Shown one piece after another: positions 1 through 8,510 of a stretch of DNA of 64,000 nucleotides (within the stretch, counting starts at the first letter, position 1; the number at the start of each line of letters is the position of its first letter). The notes below the pieces were generated by a model, which saw nothing but the letters and a program-made list of their open reading frames with translations, did no database searches and had not been told where the DNA came from. A program made the translations under genes and the position numbers. The stretch lies in IMG/VR virus record IMGVR_UViG_3300027816_000052, positions 62,001 to 126,000 of that record, one strand, 5' to 3'.

Positions 1-1023
1 CTATATACAGCGTTAAAAGAAAAGGATATTCTTAAAGATAAAAAATGTTTTGAGTTATTAGGTTACACTAAAAATGATTTAATAAAACATTTAACTAAAT
101 TACTAGAACCCGGAATGACCTTAGAAAATTATGGTGAGTGGCATATCGATCATATAATTCCAATATCTAAATTTAATTACACCTCAACGCAAGATGATGA
201 ATTTAAGGAATGTTGGTCATTAAGTAATTTAAAACCCATGTGGGGTCCAGAAAACATTAGTAAGAGTGATAAGATTATTGCGCATCAATATAAAATAAGA
301 CAACAAAAAGAAATCGAACAACAAAATGCAATTGATTTTAATATTACAAAAGTAAGTTTAAAGAATTGTGAAATTAGACAGATAACTAGAAAAGAATGTG
401 AACCAATCATAAATGAATATGAATGGTTAGGTTATCTTCCAAGATATACAAATTATTATTTTGGTATTTTCTTTAAGATTGACGATAGAGAAATTCTTGG
501 GGGTGTTGTCGCATATCAACCCGAATATGGTGAGAATATGGGGGTATGGGATAAATATGGTTATACGGGTAAAATAATACAATTAAGCAGAGGTGTTTGT
601 CTTTGGTGGACACCAAAAAATACAGCATCTTTCTTTATTACAAGAACAAATGAATGGTTAAAAAAGAATACACACTATAAGGTAGTTACAGCAACCGTGG
701 ACTCTTCCGCTGGTGAAATTGGTACTATATATCAATCAATGAATTGGTATTATGTTGGTACGTTTGGTGGTAATATAACAAAAACCGGTAAAGAGAGAAT
801 TCGTTATGGTTATATTATAAATGGTAAGACATACAATCAAAGACATATAAGAAGTATGATTGGTACAGCAAAAAAAGAAAATGTGTTAAAGCATTTTCCA
901 GATGTTAAAATGGTTAATTTGGGTAGGAAAAAAAGATATTTTACTTTCTTAGGTAATAAGAAAGAAAACGAAGAACTATTCAAACCAATAAAAAATTTAA
1001 TTAAGGAATATCCGAAACGATAA
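1..1023 (+). CDS. HNH-type endonuclease domain fused to Mom-like (GNAT) DNA-modification domain; 5' end lies outside the window
   Basis: Frame is open from base 1 (LYTALKEK...ELLGYT...HL...GMTLENYGEWHIDHIIP...CWSLSNLKPMW..EN: HNH motif). C-terminal part has Mom-like motifs QLSR...PKNTASFFI...VD...GEIGTIYQSMNWYYVG. Confidence 0.7.
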   Translation, partial: LYTALKEKDILKDKKCFELLGYTKNDLIKHLTKLLEPGMTLENYGEWHIDHIIPISKFNYTSTQDDEFKECWSLSNLKPMWGPENISKSDKIIAHQYKIRQQKEIEQQNAIDFNITKVSLKNCEIRQITRKECEPIINEYEWLGYLPRYTNYYFGIFFKIDDREILGGVVAYQPEYGENMGVWDKYGYTGKIIQLSRGVCLWWTPKNTASFFITRTNEWLKKNTHYKVVTATVDSSAGEIGTIYQSMNWYYVGTFGGNITKTGKERIRYGYIINGKTYNQRHIRSMIGTAKKENVLKHFPDVKMVNLGRKKRYFTFLGNKKENEELFKPIKNLIKEYPKR

Positions 1024-1025
1024 TA

Positions 1026-1268
1026 TTACCAAATTATTTTTTTCCAATCATCAATAAGTTTTTTTCTTTTTTCTTGGTCAATTCCAAGACTTTTTAAATC
1101 GTCCTCAATTTTTTGAACTAGTGTTGTTCTTTGTTCAATGATATTATCAACACCACCACCAAATGAAATTACCTTTCCAATTTTTGTTACATTAGATAAA
1201 ACTTCATGGTATTCTTGGGATGTTAATCCGGTTAAATGAAAGTTTGCTTGATATAATTGTTCACTCAT
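1026..1268 (-). CDS. hypothetical protein
   Basis: 80-aa ORF tightly coupled to 1261..1473. Confidence 0.6.
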   Translation of the reverse strand: MSEQLYQANFHLTGLTSQEYHEVLSNVTKIGKVISFGGGVDNIIEQRTTLVQKIEDDLKSLGIDQEKRKKLIDDWKKIIW

Positions 1269-1473
1269 TGGTCATTATATATCTTAAAGCTTTGGATACA
1301 ACTTCACTCTCCTCAAGAGAAAAGACTCCTCTTGAGTGTGCTGCTTTTATTGCTTGATTTAAACAATAAATTGCTTGTTCATTTGTCATTCCATTTGAAA
1401 AAGCATCCAAATCATTATTTGAATAATAATTTATTGAATTAAATAACGTACCTATTGGTGTTTTTTCTTCCAT
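1261..1473 (-). CDS. hypothetical protein
   Basis: 70-aa ORF with a TTGAAT-N16-TATATTT-like element upstream. Confidence 0.65.
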   Translation of the reverse strand: MEEKTPIGTLFNSINYYSNNDLDAFSNGMTNEQAIYCLNQAIKAAHSRGVFSLEESEVVSKALRYIMTNE

Positions 1474-1532
1474 TTTTATTTAAATATATAAAAATTTATC
1501 TCGCATTCAAGATATTTATTGTAAAAACTTTT

Positions 1533-3134
1533 ATGAAAGTTAAAAAAGAAATAATTTTTAGATTTTTGGATTTAAGATTTAGTCGATATACGTTGGTTAA
1601 ATCAAAATGTTCTGTTACTGGTGATTTGAGTTTTATCGTACCAGCTTGGGCAATGTATGCAATTGAATGCGGTAATTACGAGACATTAAGTGAAGAGGAA
1701 ATTGAAAGTCTTAATGATTTTTTGGATGATTTGGTTAAAACTTATGGTAATGCTGTGTTAGCTTTTGGGGATGAATCATATTTTTCAACAATCAATGATA
1801 TTGATAATTTAGGTGGTGACGTTTTTCAGGCTAGTTTAGTTCCAAGTGTAGTAAATACCTATATTGTGGATTTAAATAACGATAAATTAATAATGAAACA
1901 CGAATTTAAAAGTAATTATGTTTTTTTTAAGGATATAATATTTGAAATGAATTCTATTTTTAGTTTAAAAGAAGACGATTACAATTCACTTAGAGAAATT
2001 ATTAATGAGTGGGTTGAGGACAGATTTAATATACCAAGAAGTTTATCGACATTTCATACATTCTCAAAAATAAATTATCGTAACGATTTAATTTCATGTA
2101 TAATGCGTAAGGCAGTTGAGACAAAAAAACTAGATTATCTTAATAATAAAAAAAATAATGTTTCAGAAAATTCAAGTTCTAGATTTGCTGGTGAATATAA
2201 TGGACCGATTGAGTTGGGTTTAAGAAAGTGGAAAAATCCTGAACTTAAACCTTTTAGTGAAATTTCTTCGCATTTAGCAAATAACGATAGTAAAAGCAAA
2301 ACACTTAAAGATAACATAAAACGTATTGTTGGAATGTGGGAAAAAGGTTCAGATGGAACATATGATATACCAACACATGATGTTGATACAATTAATGAGG
2401 ATTTAGCTGTTTGGTTTGGTAAGAAAAAGAAACCAAAAGGTAGTAAACAACCACAAGGTCCGTGGGTTAATATTTGCAAAAAAGATAAAAATGGTAAACA
2501 TCCCCCATGCGGTAGAGGTGAAGCAAAAACATCTGCATATCCAAAATGTCGTGGATATGCTGCTGCTAGAAGAATGTCAGATGAAGCAAAAAGAAAAGCT
2601 TGTTCTCAAAAAAGAAGAGCGGAAAAAAAAGAACCAAAAACTGGAAAAGGAAATAAACCAACAATGGTTTCACATAAAAAGAAAGTTAAAATTAAGGAAT
2701 CCGACCTTTATAATATTATAAAGCGAGTTCTTCTTGAGCAGGAGGAAGAAAAAAGAACTGTTACATTTCCTGCGGGAGCATTTAAATCTTTCATAACATC
2801 ATCAAATGAAAAATTTGTTAAGATTCTTAATAACAAATATGATAGAGTTATTGTTAGTGGAGATTTGGATTTAGATGAGACAGATATTAAGATTTTACCA
2901 AATAATCTTGAAGTTAAGGGTATTCTCTTCTTAAGAGGGTCTTTGATTAAAGAATTACCAGAAAATCTTAAAGTTAATGGACAAATAGATTTAAGAAGTA
3001 CTAATATTAAATCTTTACCGAATAATCTTGTACATGAAAAAGGTTTTATTTGGATATTAGACACACCGTTAAATTACAATGAAGAATTAATAAATCATTA
3101 TGTGGATAAAAATTACGGGTTTTATAGATATTAA
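1533..3134 (+). CDS. multi-domain (polyprotein-like) putative head-associated protein with C-terminal leader + 3 LRR-like repeats
   Basis: ATG 1533 follows the ATATTTAT motif at 1512 (ORF track starts at 1455). Contains a basic Cys domain (EDLAVWFG..PWVNICK..PCGR..YPKCR) and, from ~2680, KKVKIKESDLYNIIKRVLLEQ followed by repeats homologous to 29139 and 54421. Confidence 0.75.
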   Translation: MKVKKEIIFRFLDLRFSRYTLVKSKCSVTGDLSFIVPAWAMYAIECGNYETLSEEEIESLNDFLDDLVKTYGNAVLAFGDESYFSTINDIDNLGGDVFQASLVPSVVNTYIVDLNNDKLIMKHEFKSNYVFFKDIIFEMNSIFSLKEDDYNSLREIINEWVEDRFNIPRSLSTFHTFSKINYRNDLISCIMRKAVETKKLDYLNNKKNNVSENSSSRFAGEYNGPIELGLRKWKNPELKPFSEISSHLANNDSKSKTLKDNIKRIVGMWEKGSDGTYDIPTHDVDTINEDLAVWFGKKKKPKGSKQPQGPWVNICKKDKNGKHPPCGRGEAKTSAYPKCRGYAAARRMSDEAKRKACSQKRRAEKKEPKTGKGNKPTMVSHKKKVKIKESDLYNIIKRVLLEQEEEKRTVTFPAGAFKSFITSSNEKFVKILNNKYDRVIVSGDLDLDETDIKILPNNLEVKGILFLRGSLIKELPENLKVNGQIDLRSTNIKSLPNNLVHEKGFIWILDTPLNYNEELINHYVDKNYGFYRY

Positions 3135-3532
3135 CCCAAAGACTCCAAAATTCTACTTAATGAGTGTTTAATATTTGAATTAATTTCCTTTTCCATTTGA
3201 AGTCTGCGTTTCTCAACTTCATTGTTAAACTCAGAAATAATTTTTTCATAATTTACGCCCTCCATAAAAATAGTATACGAATATACGTGGTTGACAATTT
3301 TTACCGTACCATCATGAATTACAATAAAAATACCGAGAGAATCGTTTTTAATATATCTTTTTTCACTAATTGGTGTTAAAAGGAGTGTAGTATCCTCTTT
3401 ATGAATTAATTTCTCACAGATTTTAAAACATTTAAATTCATGTTGCTGTTTTTTTGTTAAAGCAACATTACCAAATCTTTTAAATTTAATATAATTTTTT
3501 TGAAAAAATCTTTTAATTTTATGTAATAGCAT
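3131..3532 (-). CDS. hypothetical protein (probably early)
   Basis: 133-aa ORF preceded by a Bacteroidota-type promoter. Confidence 0.7.
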   Translation of the reverse strand: MLLHKIKRFFQKNYIKFKRFGNVALTKKQQHEFKCFKICEKLIHKEDTTLLLTPISEKRYIKNDSLGIFIVIHDGTVKIVNHVYSYTIFMEGVNYEKIISEFNNEVEKRRLQMEKEINSNIKHSLSRILESLG

Positions 3533-3552
3533 GTTGGTTAATTAATTTAATG

Positions 3553-3583
3553 CAAAGATATGGAATGTTTTTCAAATTCCAAA
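3553..3583 (-). promoter_or_regulatory. Bacteroidota-type housekeeping promoter (-33 TTTG / -7 TAnnTTTG)
   Basis: Minus strand reads TTTG-gaatttgaaaaacattcca (19 nt)-TATCTTTG, 20 nt upstream of the 3532 ATG. Confidence 0.7.
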
Positions 3584-3595
3584 ATATTTATGGAT

Positions 3596-5119
3596 ATGAA
3601 AAATATTTTAATAAATGATAATCAGTTAAAAAATTTGGTGGAATCAGTTAAACACATTTTAACTGAAGCCGATAAAAGAAATGTTATTATAGACAAAATT
3701 GGTTATTCAAAAGAATGGGCGGATGAGTTCCATAACTTAAGCGATAAATATTCTGTGTGGATTGCTGACTCTTATCTAAAAAAGAAAATGTCTGATAATA
3801 ACCGAACCAAAGAAGAAGTTTTAAAAAAAATAAATGAAAAAGGACCGGATGCAACATACACTTGGTTTAATGGAATTCAAGCAACATATCAATATATTTT
3901 AGATTGGTTAAAGGTACCAAGAAGAGAAGAAATTGATTTACAAAATTTAACATATGATGATGCTTATTTAAAAGCGCGTGAATGGCATGAATCATTAAAG
4001 ACCGGTGAAACAAAAAAATATGAAGAAACGGGCGAAATTATAATTGATTATCGGAATTCAAGAGGGGTTGGTTATTATTGGGTCAATCGAAAAACAAAGT
4101 ATTGTAGCGAAGAACAAAAAAGAATGGGGCATTGTGGTAAAACAGATTTGGGTGATACATTATTTTCATTAAGAAATGTTAATGAATTTGGTGAAGGACA
4201 AAGTTTTATTACAATAGCCTATAAAAATGATGGTACCGTTTATGACTTCAAAGCATCGGGTAATCAAAAACCATCACCAAAATATCATAAATATATTATA
4301 GACATTTTAACTCAGGATAAATATCCAATTAATAATTTATCAAGTGCTGGTCATTCACCAGAAACAAATTTTAAAATTTCTGATTTAAAACCAGAACAAA
4401 TTGAATATGTGTACTCGAAGAATAAAGCATTAAAATATAATATTAATGATAAATCATCGCATCCATATATTGTTAAAGATATTTTAGACGGTAAACTAAA
4501 TTTATCAAATTACTCAAAATCAGACCAAATTGATTTGATTAGAGCATCGAATGAGAATCCAAAATTAATGGAAATATTTAAAAACGAATTATCACATTTC
4601 AATAATTTATTATTGGGTAACACAAATAATATTAAGTTTATTGTTAAAAACTTTTTGGATGTATTTAAAGATTTATTAATTGGTTATATTAATGAAAAAA
4701 ATTATCCGCAGTTTAAACAAGCGTTGATTGTTATTAGTAGACTATTAAATGATTATAGGATAAATTTAATTGAACCATTTTGCGGAATTTTAGGAAAAGG
4801 TTTTACTAAATTTAAAAATAAGGAACTAGATATTATTAGTACCAGTGAAATTAACAGAGCAGTTTTAAGTTGCGCTAAAAAATATAAGTTAACCGATAAG
4901 TATGCTTATATATCTGATTTAAATAGACTTAATCACAGAATTGTAATTCCGGATGGTAAAGATAAAACGTTTGGTGTTATAGATGAGAAAGGAAATATAA
5001 TTATAGGTTTTAATTATGTTAGCTTAAGTCTTAATAAAGATGGTAATTATATTGGTAGAACATTAGGTAATGAAATTGAGGTATTGGACAAGACTGGAAA
5101 TTTAATTATACCGCAATAA
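3596..5119 (+). CDS. PcfJ-like domain protein with head-leader motif and C-terminal WG-like repeat
   Basis: AREWH...EEQKRMGHCG...LFSLR...ITIAY...FKASGNQKP is PcfJ-like; FGVIDEKGNIII is WG-like; likely start MKNILIND (3596) right after ATATTTAT. Confidence 0.55.
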   Translation: MKNILINDNQLKNLVESVKHILTEADKRNVIIDKIGYSKEWADEFHNLSDKYSVWIADSYLKKKMSDNNRTKEEVLKKINEKGPDATYTWFNGIQATYQYILDWLKVPRREEIDLQNLTYDDAYLKAREWHESLKTGETKKYEETGEIIIDYRNSRGVGYYWVNRKTKYCSEEQKRMGHCGKTDLGDTLFSLRNVNEFGEGQSFITIAYKNDGTVYDFKASGNQKPSPKYHKYIIDILTQDKYPINNLSSAGHSPETNFKISDLKPEQIEYVYSKNKALKYNINDKSSHPYIVKDILDGKLNLSNYSKSDQIDLIRASNENPKLMEIFKNELSHFNNLLLGNTNNIKFIVKNFLDVFKDLLIGYINEKNYPQFKQALIVISRLLNDYRINLIEPFCGILGKGFTKFKNKELDIISTSEINRAVLSCAKKYKLTDKYAYISDLNRLNHRIVIPDGKDKTFGVIDEKGNIIIGFNYVSLSLNKDGNYIGRTLGNEIEVLDKTGNLIIPQ

Positions 5120-5537
5120 TATCACCATCTTCTGTTACCATTATACCATCATCATATTTAAACGTTCCGTTATTACCCCTTATGTACCATTGATTTTTTT
5201 CTTGGTAAATACCAACATTTCTACAATTCAAAAATTTATTTAATCTATCTTTTGTTGTCGGTGTCCACCAACCTTTGGTATCTAATTTTATAATATTTGT
5301 GGGGTCTATTTTAATGATATATGTGCTATGGTATCTAATACCAATTTCGTTAATATCTGTTTTACTTAATAAAGTATTGTGACCAATTTTCTTACTTTCT
5401 CTATTACCTAACTCTTCTTTTAATTTATCATAATTTAATGATGTGCATGATAGATTAACTCTTTCTTTTATTAATCGTTTGGTTGAGTTAATCAAAGTTT
5501 CAAGTTGTGATTCTGTTATTATTATATTCTTTTTCAT
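5106..5537 (-). CDS. hypothetical protein with head-leader motif
   Basis: MKKNIIITESQLETLINSTKRLIKE followed by a small domain (YHST.I...LDTKGWWTPTTKDRLN). Confidence 0.7.
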   Translation of the reverse strand: MKKNIIITESQLETLINSTKRLIKERVNLSCTSLNYDKLKEELGNRESKKIGHNTLLSKTDINEIGIRYHSTYIIKIDPTNIIKLDTKGWWTPTTKDRLNKFLNCRNVGIYQEKNQWYIRGNNGTFKYDDGIMVTEDGDIIAV

Positions 5538-5556
5538 TTTGTTAATAATTTATTAT

Positions 5557-6417
5557 TTATTTATTTCTCCAACCACCACCTTGTTTTTTATACCATTTTG
5601 CCGCCCAACCACTAGCATAAGCCGAAGGCCAAACTTTATATTTTGATTTTGCTAAAGATTTTGCTTTTGACCATAGTTTTTTATTTGTTGGTTCACGTTT
5701 TGTTTCCTCATCCAATGGTCCAACAACAAATTCATCGTCCTCTTCATTCATCATAAAATCAAAAACTTGATCCAAATTTTCTGTTGCGGTTGTAATGTGG
5801 TCATCCGCCCAATCATGTCCATTTTGAAGTATGTCTTCAATCATTTGCGGTTCTAATGATAATAGTTTATCAATCTGTCTTCGCATTTGCTTCAAGTTGC
5901 TAAAAAACATGTAATTACCTGTTTTTTGCTCTTGGATTTTTGCATTTATTAATTCTATTAACTGCGATTCTGTTAATTTAATTGTTTTTTTCATTGTTAT
6001 ATTTCTATTTTCTTTTATTCCATCTCTTTTCTTTATTAAATCCGAAACTTTACCATGTGGGGGAAATTCAATAAACTTAAATAATTCTAATGCCCAACTT
6101 TCAACATAAGGTACAATTTCTTTTCTCTCAACACCCATAGCTGATGTGATATTATCTACTAACATACTTCGCATTGAGACCGAAGTTCTATCATGTTGTG
6201 TAGGTTCAAAACCTATTTCACTAAATTTTTGTTTTTCATTATAAAAAACTATTTCATTTTTAGCGTCACGTAATTCTTCTTCGGTATAGGATGGGTCAGC
6301 AAAAAGTTCAGGACCATAAGCTATTATCATAGCATTATAATATGTCATAACTAAACATTTAGATAATATAGCATCTAAATAAACATAAACCCCCCTCTTT
6401 ATTTTTTCCGGATTCAT
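5557..6417 (-). CDS. multi-domain hypothetical protein with internal leader motif and C-terminal basic WPSAYASG domain
   Basis: Internal MKKTIKLTESQLIELINAKIQEQ (ATG at 5994); C-terminus PTNKKLWSKAK..AK.KYKVWPSAYASGW...YK..GGGW. Confidence 0.7.
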   Translation of the reverse strand: MNPEKIKRGVYVYLDAILSKCLVMTYYNAMIIAYGPELFADPSYTEEELRDAKNEIVFYNEKQKFSEIGFEPTQHDRTSVSMRSMLVDNITSAMGVERKEIVPYVESWALELFKFIEFPPHGKVSDLIKKRDGIKENRNITMKKTIKLTESQLIELINAKIQEQKTGNYMFFSNLKQMRRQIDKLLSLEPQMIEDILQNGHDWADDHITTATENLDQVFDFMMNEEDDEFVVGPLDEETKREPTNKKLWSKAKSLAKSKYKVWPSAYASGWAAKWYKKQGGGWRNK

Positions 6418-8003
6418 TATTTCTTATTAACAATTTGAAATTTAATGGCTCTCTTATAAGTATCCTTTTCTCCACTAGTATTCACTTTTAAGTCAACAAA
6501 ATATTCATTCGGGAGCTTATCTCTCATATCAAAAATAAAATAATATTCATTTGGTGTTCTATTAACTAATGTCCAATCTTGAACCTGAACTTCGGTTTGA
6601 CCCTCTCTCACATAAACTCTATAATAAACCTCAACATCGGTTAAAAGTTGTTGTGTTGTATATGCTTTTTTAACAATAACACCAATTTTTCTAACATCAG
6701 TATTTAATATTTTTTCATCCTGTTTAATTCCATAAAAATCAAATCCTAAAATCGCGGGTTCTTTTGATTCAGTACCAATGTTAAAATAACTACCATAAGG
6801 TTTTATGATTAAATCATTTTCAACATTTGGTAATGGAATTCCATTGATTGCAATATTGCTCCAAACATCGGTATATTGACAAGGTGTTGTAATTCCTGTT
6901 ATAGAGGGAATCGTTACCTCATATATACCTTTTGTTATTAAGCACGTTGTTAACCCCATATAACCAGATATCGGGTCTCCATTGGTATCTAAAATTGATA
7001 CAACTGGATTGTTATCAAAATTTACATAATCACCATTAACATATGCGTAAAGATAAAGTTTGTTTTGTCTGTACTGAACAAAATTATTTCTATCATCTTG
7101 TATTAAATCATCATAAACCGTCTCAAGATATGGTTCATAAAATGTTTGTGTGTGTCTGGTAAAGAATCCAACGGAATAATTTTCAGATAAGCCGGTTAAA
7201 TTCTCAAGTTCAGGTTTAAATGCAATTCCCCAACCTGTAACACCCGTTAATGAACCATTTATAATTGAATTTATTTCATTTGTCATATCAAATTCAATAT
7301 CCTCATTTCCAAATTCAAAATGTTGGATATTGACAATGGTAATTGCGCTATAATTAATATTTCCGTTATTCTCATTGTTATATATTCCCGGTTCAGACCA
7401 ATAATCTAAAGTTGTTCTTTTTAACCAATTTGAGGGTCTCTGAGAGTATGACTTGTCTTCTGGTTCATAAAGTGGAACAGAAGCTCCCTGAGTCGAATTT
7501 AATGAGGTTGAGAAGTTATTATAATCATAACCAACACCTTCATCCCATAAAGCCAGTCCTTGGTCATAAATGCAAGTTGTTATTGCGGTTGGGTTTGGTA
7601 TAATTGGGTCGCAAGGGTCAATTGGTGTTGGTATTGGATTTCCGCTAATTGTACATGCTGCAATTTGGGGAATTCTAAATAAAATTAAATCAAAAGATGT
7701 TGCTCTTCTTCTACCGGAAGAATCTAATATATTTAATAGTTCTTTGTCAAAAGCGGATGTATTTGTCATACGTAACGTGTGGGTCATCGCTGTTGTACAC
7801 CCAGTTGAAATTGTTGTTCCAGTTATCTTATCAATTAATGGTTCTAAGTCCAAATCAAAGATAAATCTTGTATAACCTTTTGGAGCGATAGAATTGGGGT
7901 TTGTACCAAAATACAACTCAGTTACCGGATTTTGTCCGGTGTTTGTGCAATTATTGTAAATAATGGTATTATTTCTGCTAAAATATGACCTGTGTATTGA
8001 CAT
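6417..8003 (-). CDS. putative virion structural (baseplate-region) protein
   Basis: 528 aa, beta-rich composition, preceded by ATATTTAT, near the gp5-like gene. Confidence 0.5.
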   Translation of the reverse strand: MSIHRSYFSRNNTIIYNNCTNTGQNPVTELYFGTNPNSIAPKGYTRFIFDLDLEPLIDKITGTTISTGCTTAMTHTLRMTNTSAFDKELLNILDSSGRRRATSFDLILFRIPQIAACTISGNPIPTPIDPCDPIIPNPTAITTCIYDQGLALWDEGVGYDYNNFSTSLNSTQGASVPLYEPEDKSYSQRPSNWLKRTTLDYWSEPGIYNNENNGNINYSAITIVNIQHFEFGNEDIEFDMTNEINSIINGSLTGVTGWGIAFKPELENLTGLSENYSVGFFTRHTQTFYEPYLETVYDDLIQDDRNNFVQYRQNKLYLYAYVNGDYVNFDNNPVVSILDTNGDPISGYMGLTTCLITKGIYEVTIPSITGITTPCQYTDVWSNIAINGIPLPNVENDLIIKPYGSYFNIGTESKEPAILGFDFYGIKQDEKILNTDVRKIGVIVKKAYTTQQLLTDVEVYYRVYVREGQTEVQVQDWTLVNRTPNEYYFIFDMRDKLPNEYFVDLKVNTSGEKDTYKRAIKFQIVNKK

Positions 8004-8092
8004 TCAAATCTGTTTTCTAATAAATATTGGGTTTTTAATTAAAATTGATTTGTTTCAAGATATTTATATAATACCAAACCAACAACAACCAA

Positions 8093-8509
8093 ATGAAAAA
8101 ATGTTTAATTTTTTTATTGTTTTTATTATTTGGTAATCTAGCTATATCTCAGGATAATAAAACTATGATGTATGTCAGAATAGTTGATAGTAATTTATTA
8201 AATCCTGTGGAGTGCGAAGTTCAGATTTGGAAAGAAACTGAAGGAGGAAAATACACTAGAGGGTCGATAGTTTTTATTCAGCAAGCAAAAATTTCATTAA
8301 GTAAAGGTAAATATACTTTTTATTTTAAAATTAACGATAAAATTATACATAAAGACTATATTGAGGTTGGTCAGTATGATAATAGTATTATATATAATTT
8401 ATACGCTAACCCATTAAAATTATTGGATGCCGATTTTAATCAAATTTCAATAATTACACCGGAAGTTCATAGATTTTTAAATCATAGAACGGTTTATATT
8501 GAATTATAA
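8093..8509 (+). CDS. secreted/periplasmic protein with signal peptide
   Basis: MKKCLIFLLFLLFGNLAIS|Q: basic N-region, hydrophobic core, Gln at the predicted +1 position. Confidence 0.6.
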   Translation: MKKCLIFLLFLLFGNLAISQDNKTMMYVRIVDSNLLNPVECEVQIWKETEGGKYTRGSIVFIQQAKISLSKGKYTFYFKINDKIIHKDYIEVGQYDNSIIYNLYANPLKLLDADFNQISIITPEVHRFLNHRTVYIEL

Positions 8510-8510
8510 A

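Noticed and set aside
1455-1532. N-terminal extensions called by the ORF track (1455, 3560, 50989)
   Set aside because: They overlap the ATATTTAT motif or neighbouring genes; downstream ATGs (1533, 3596, 50968) fit better.
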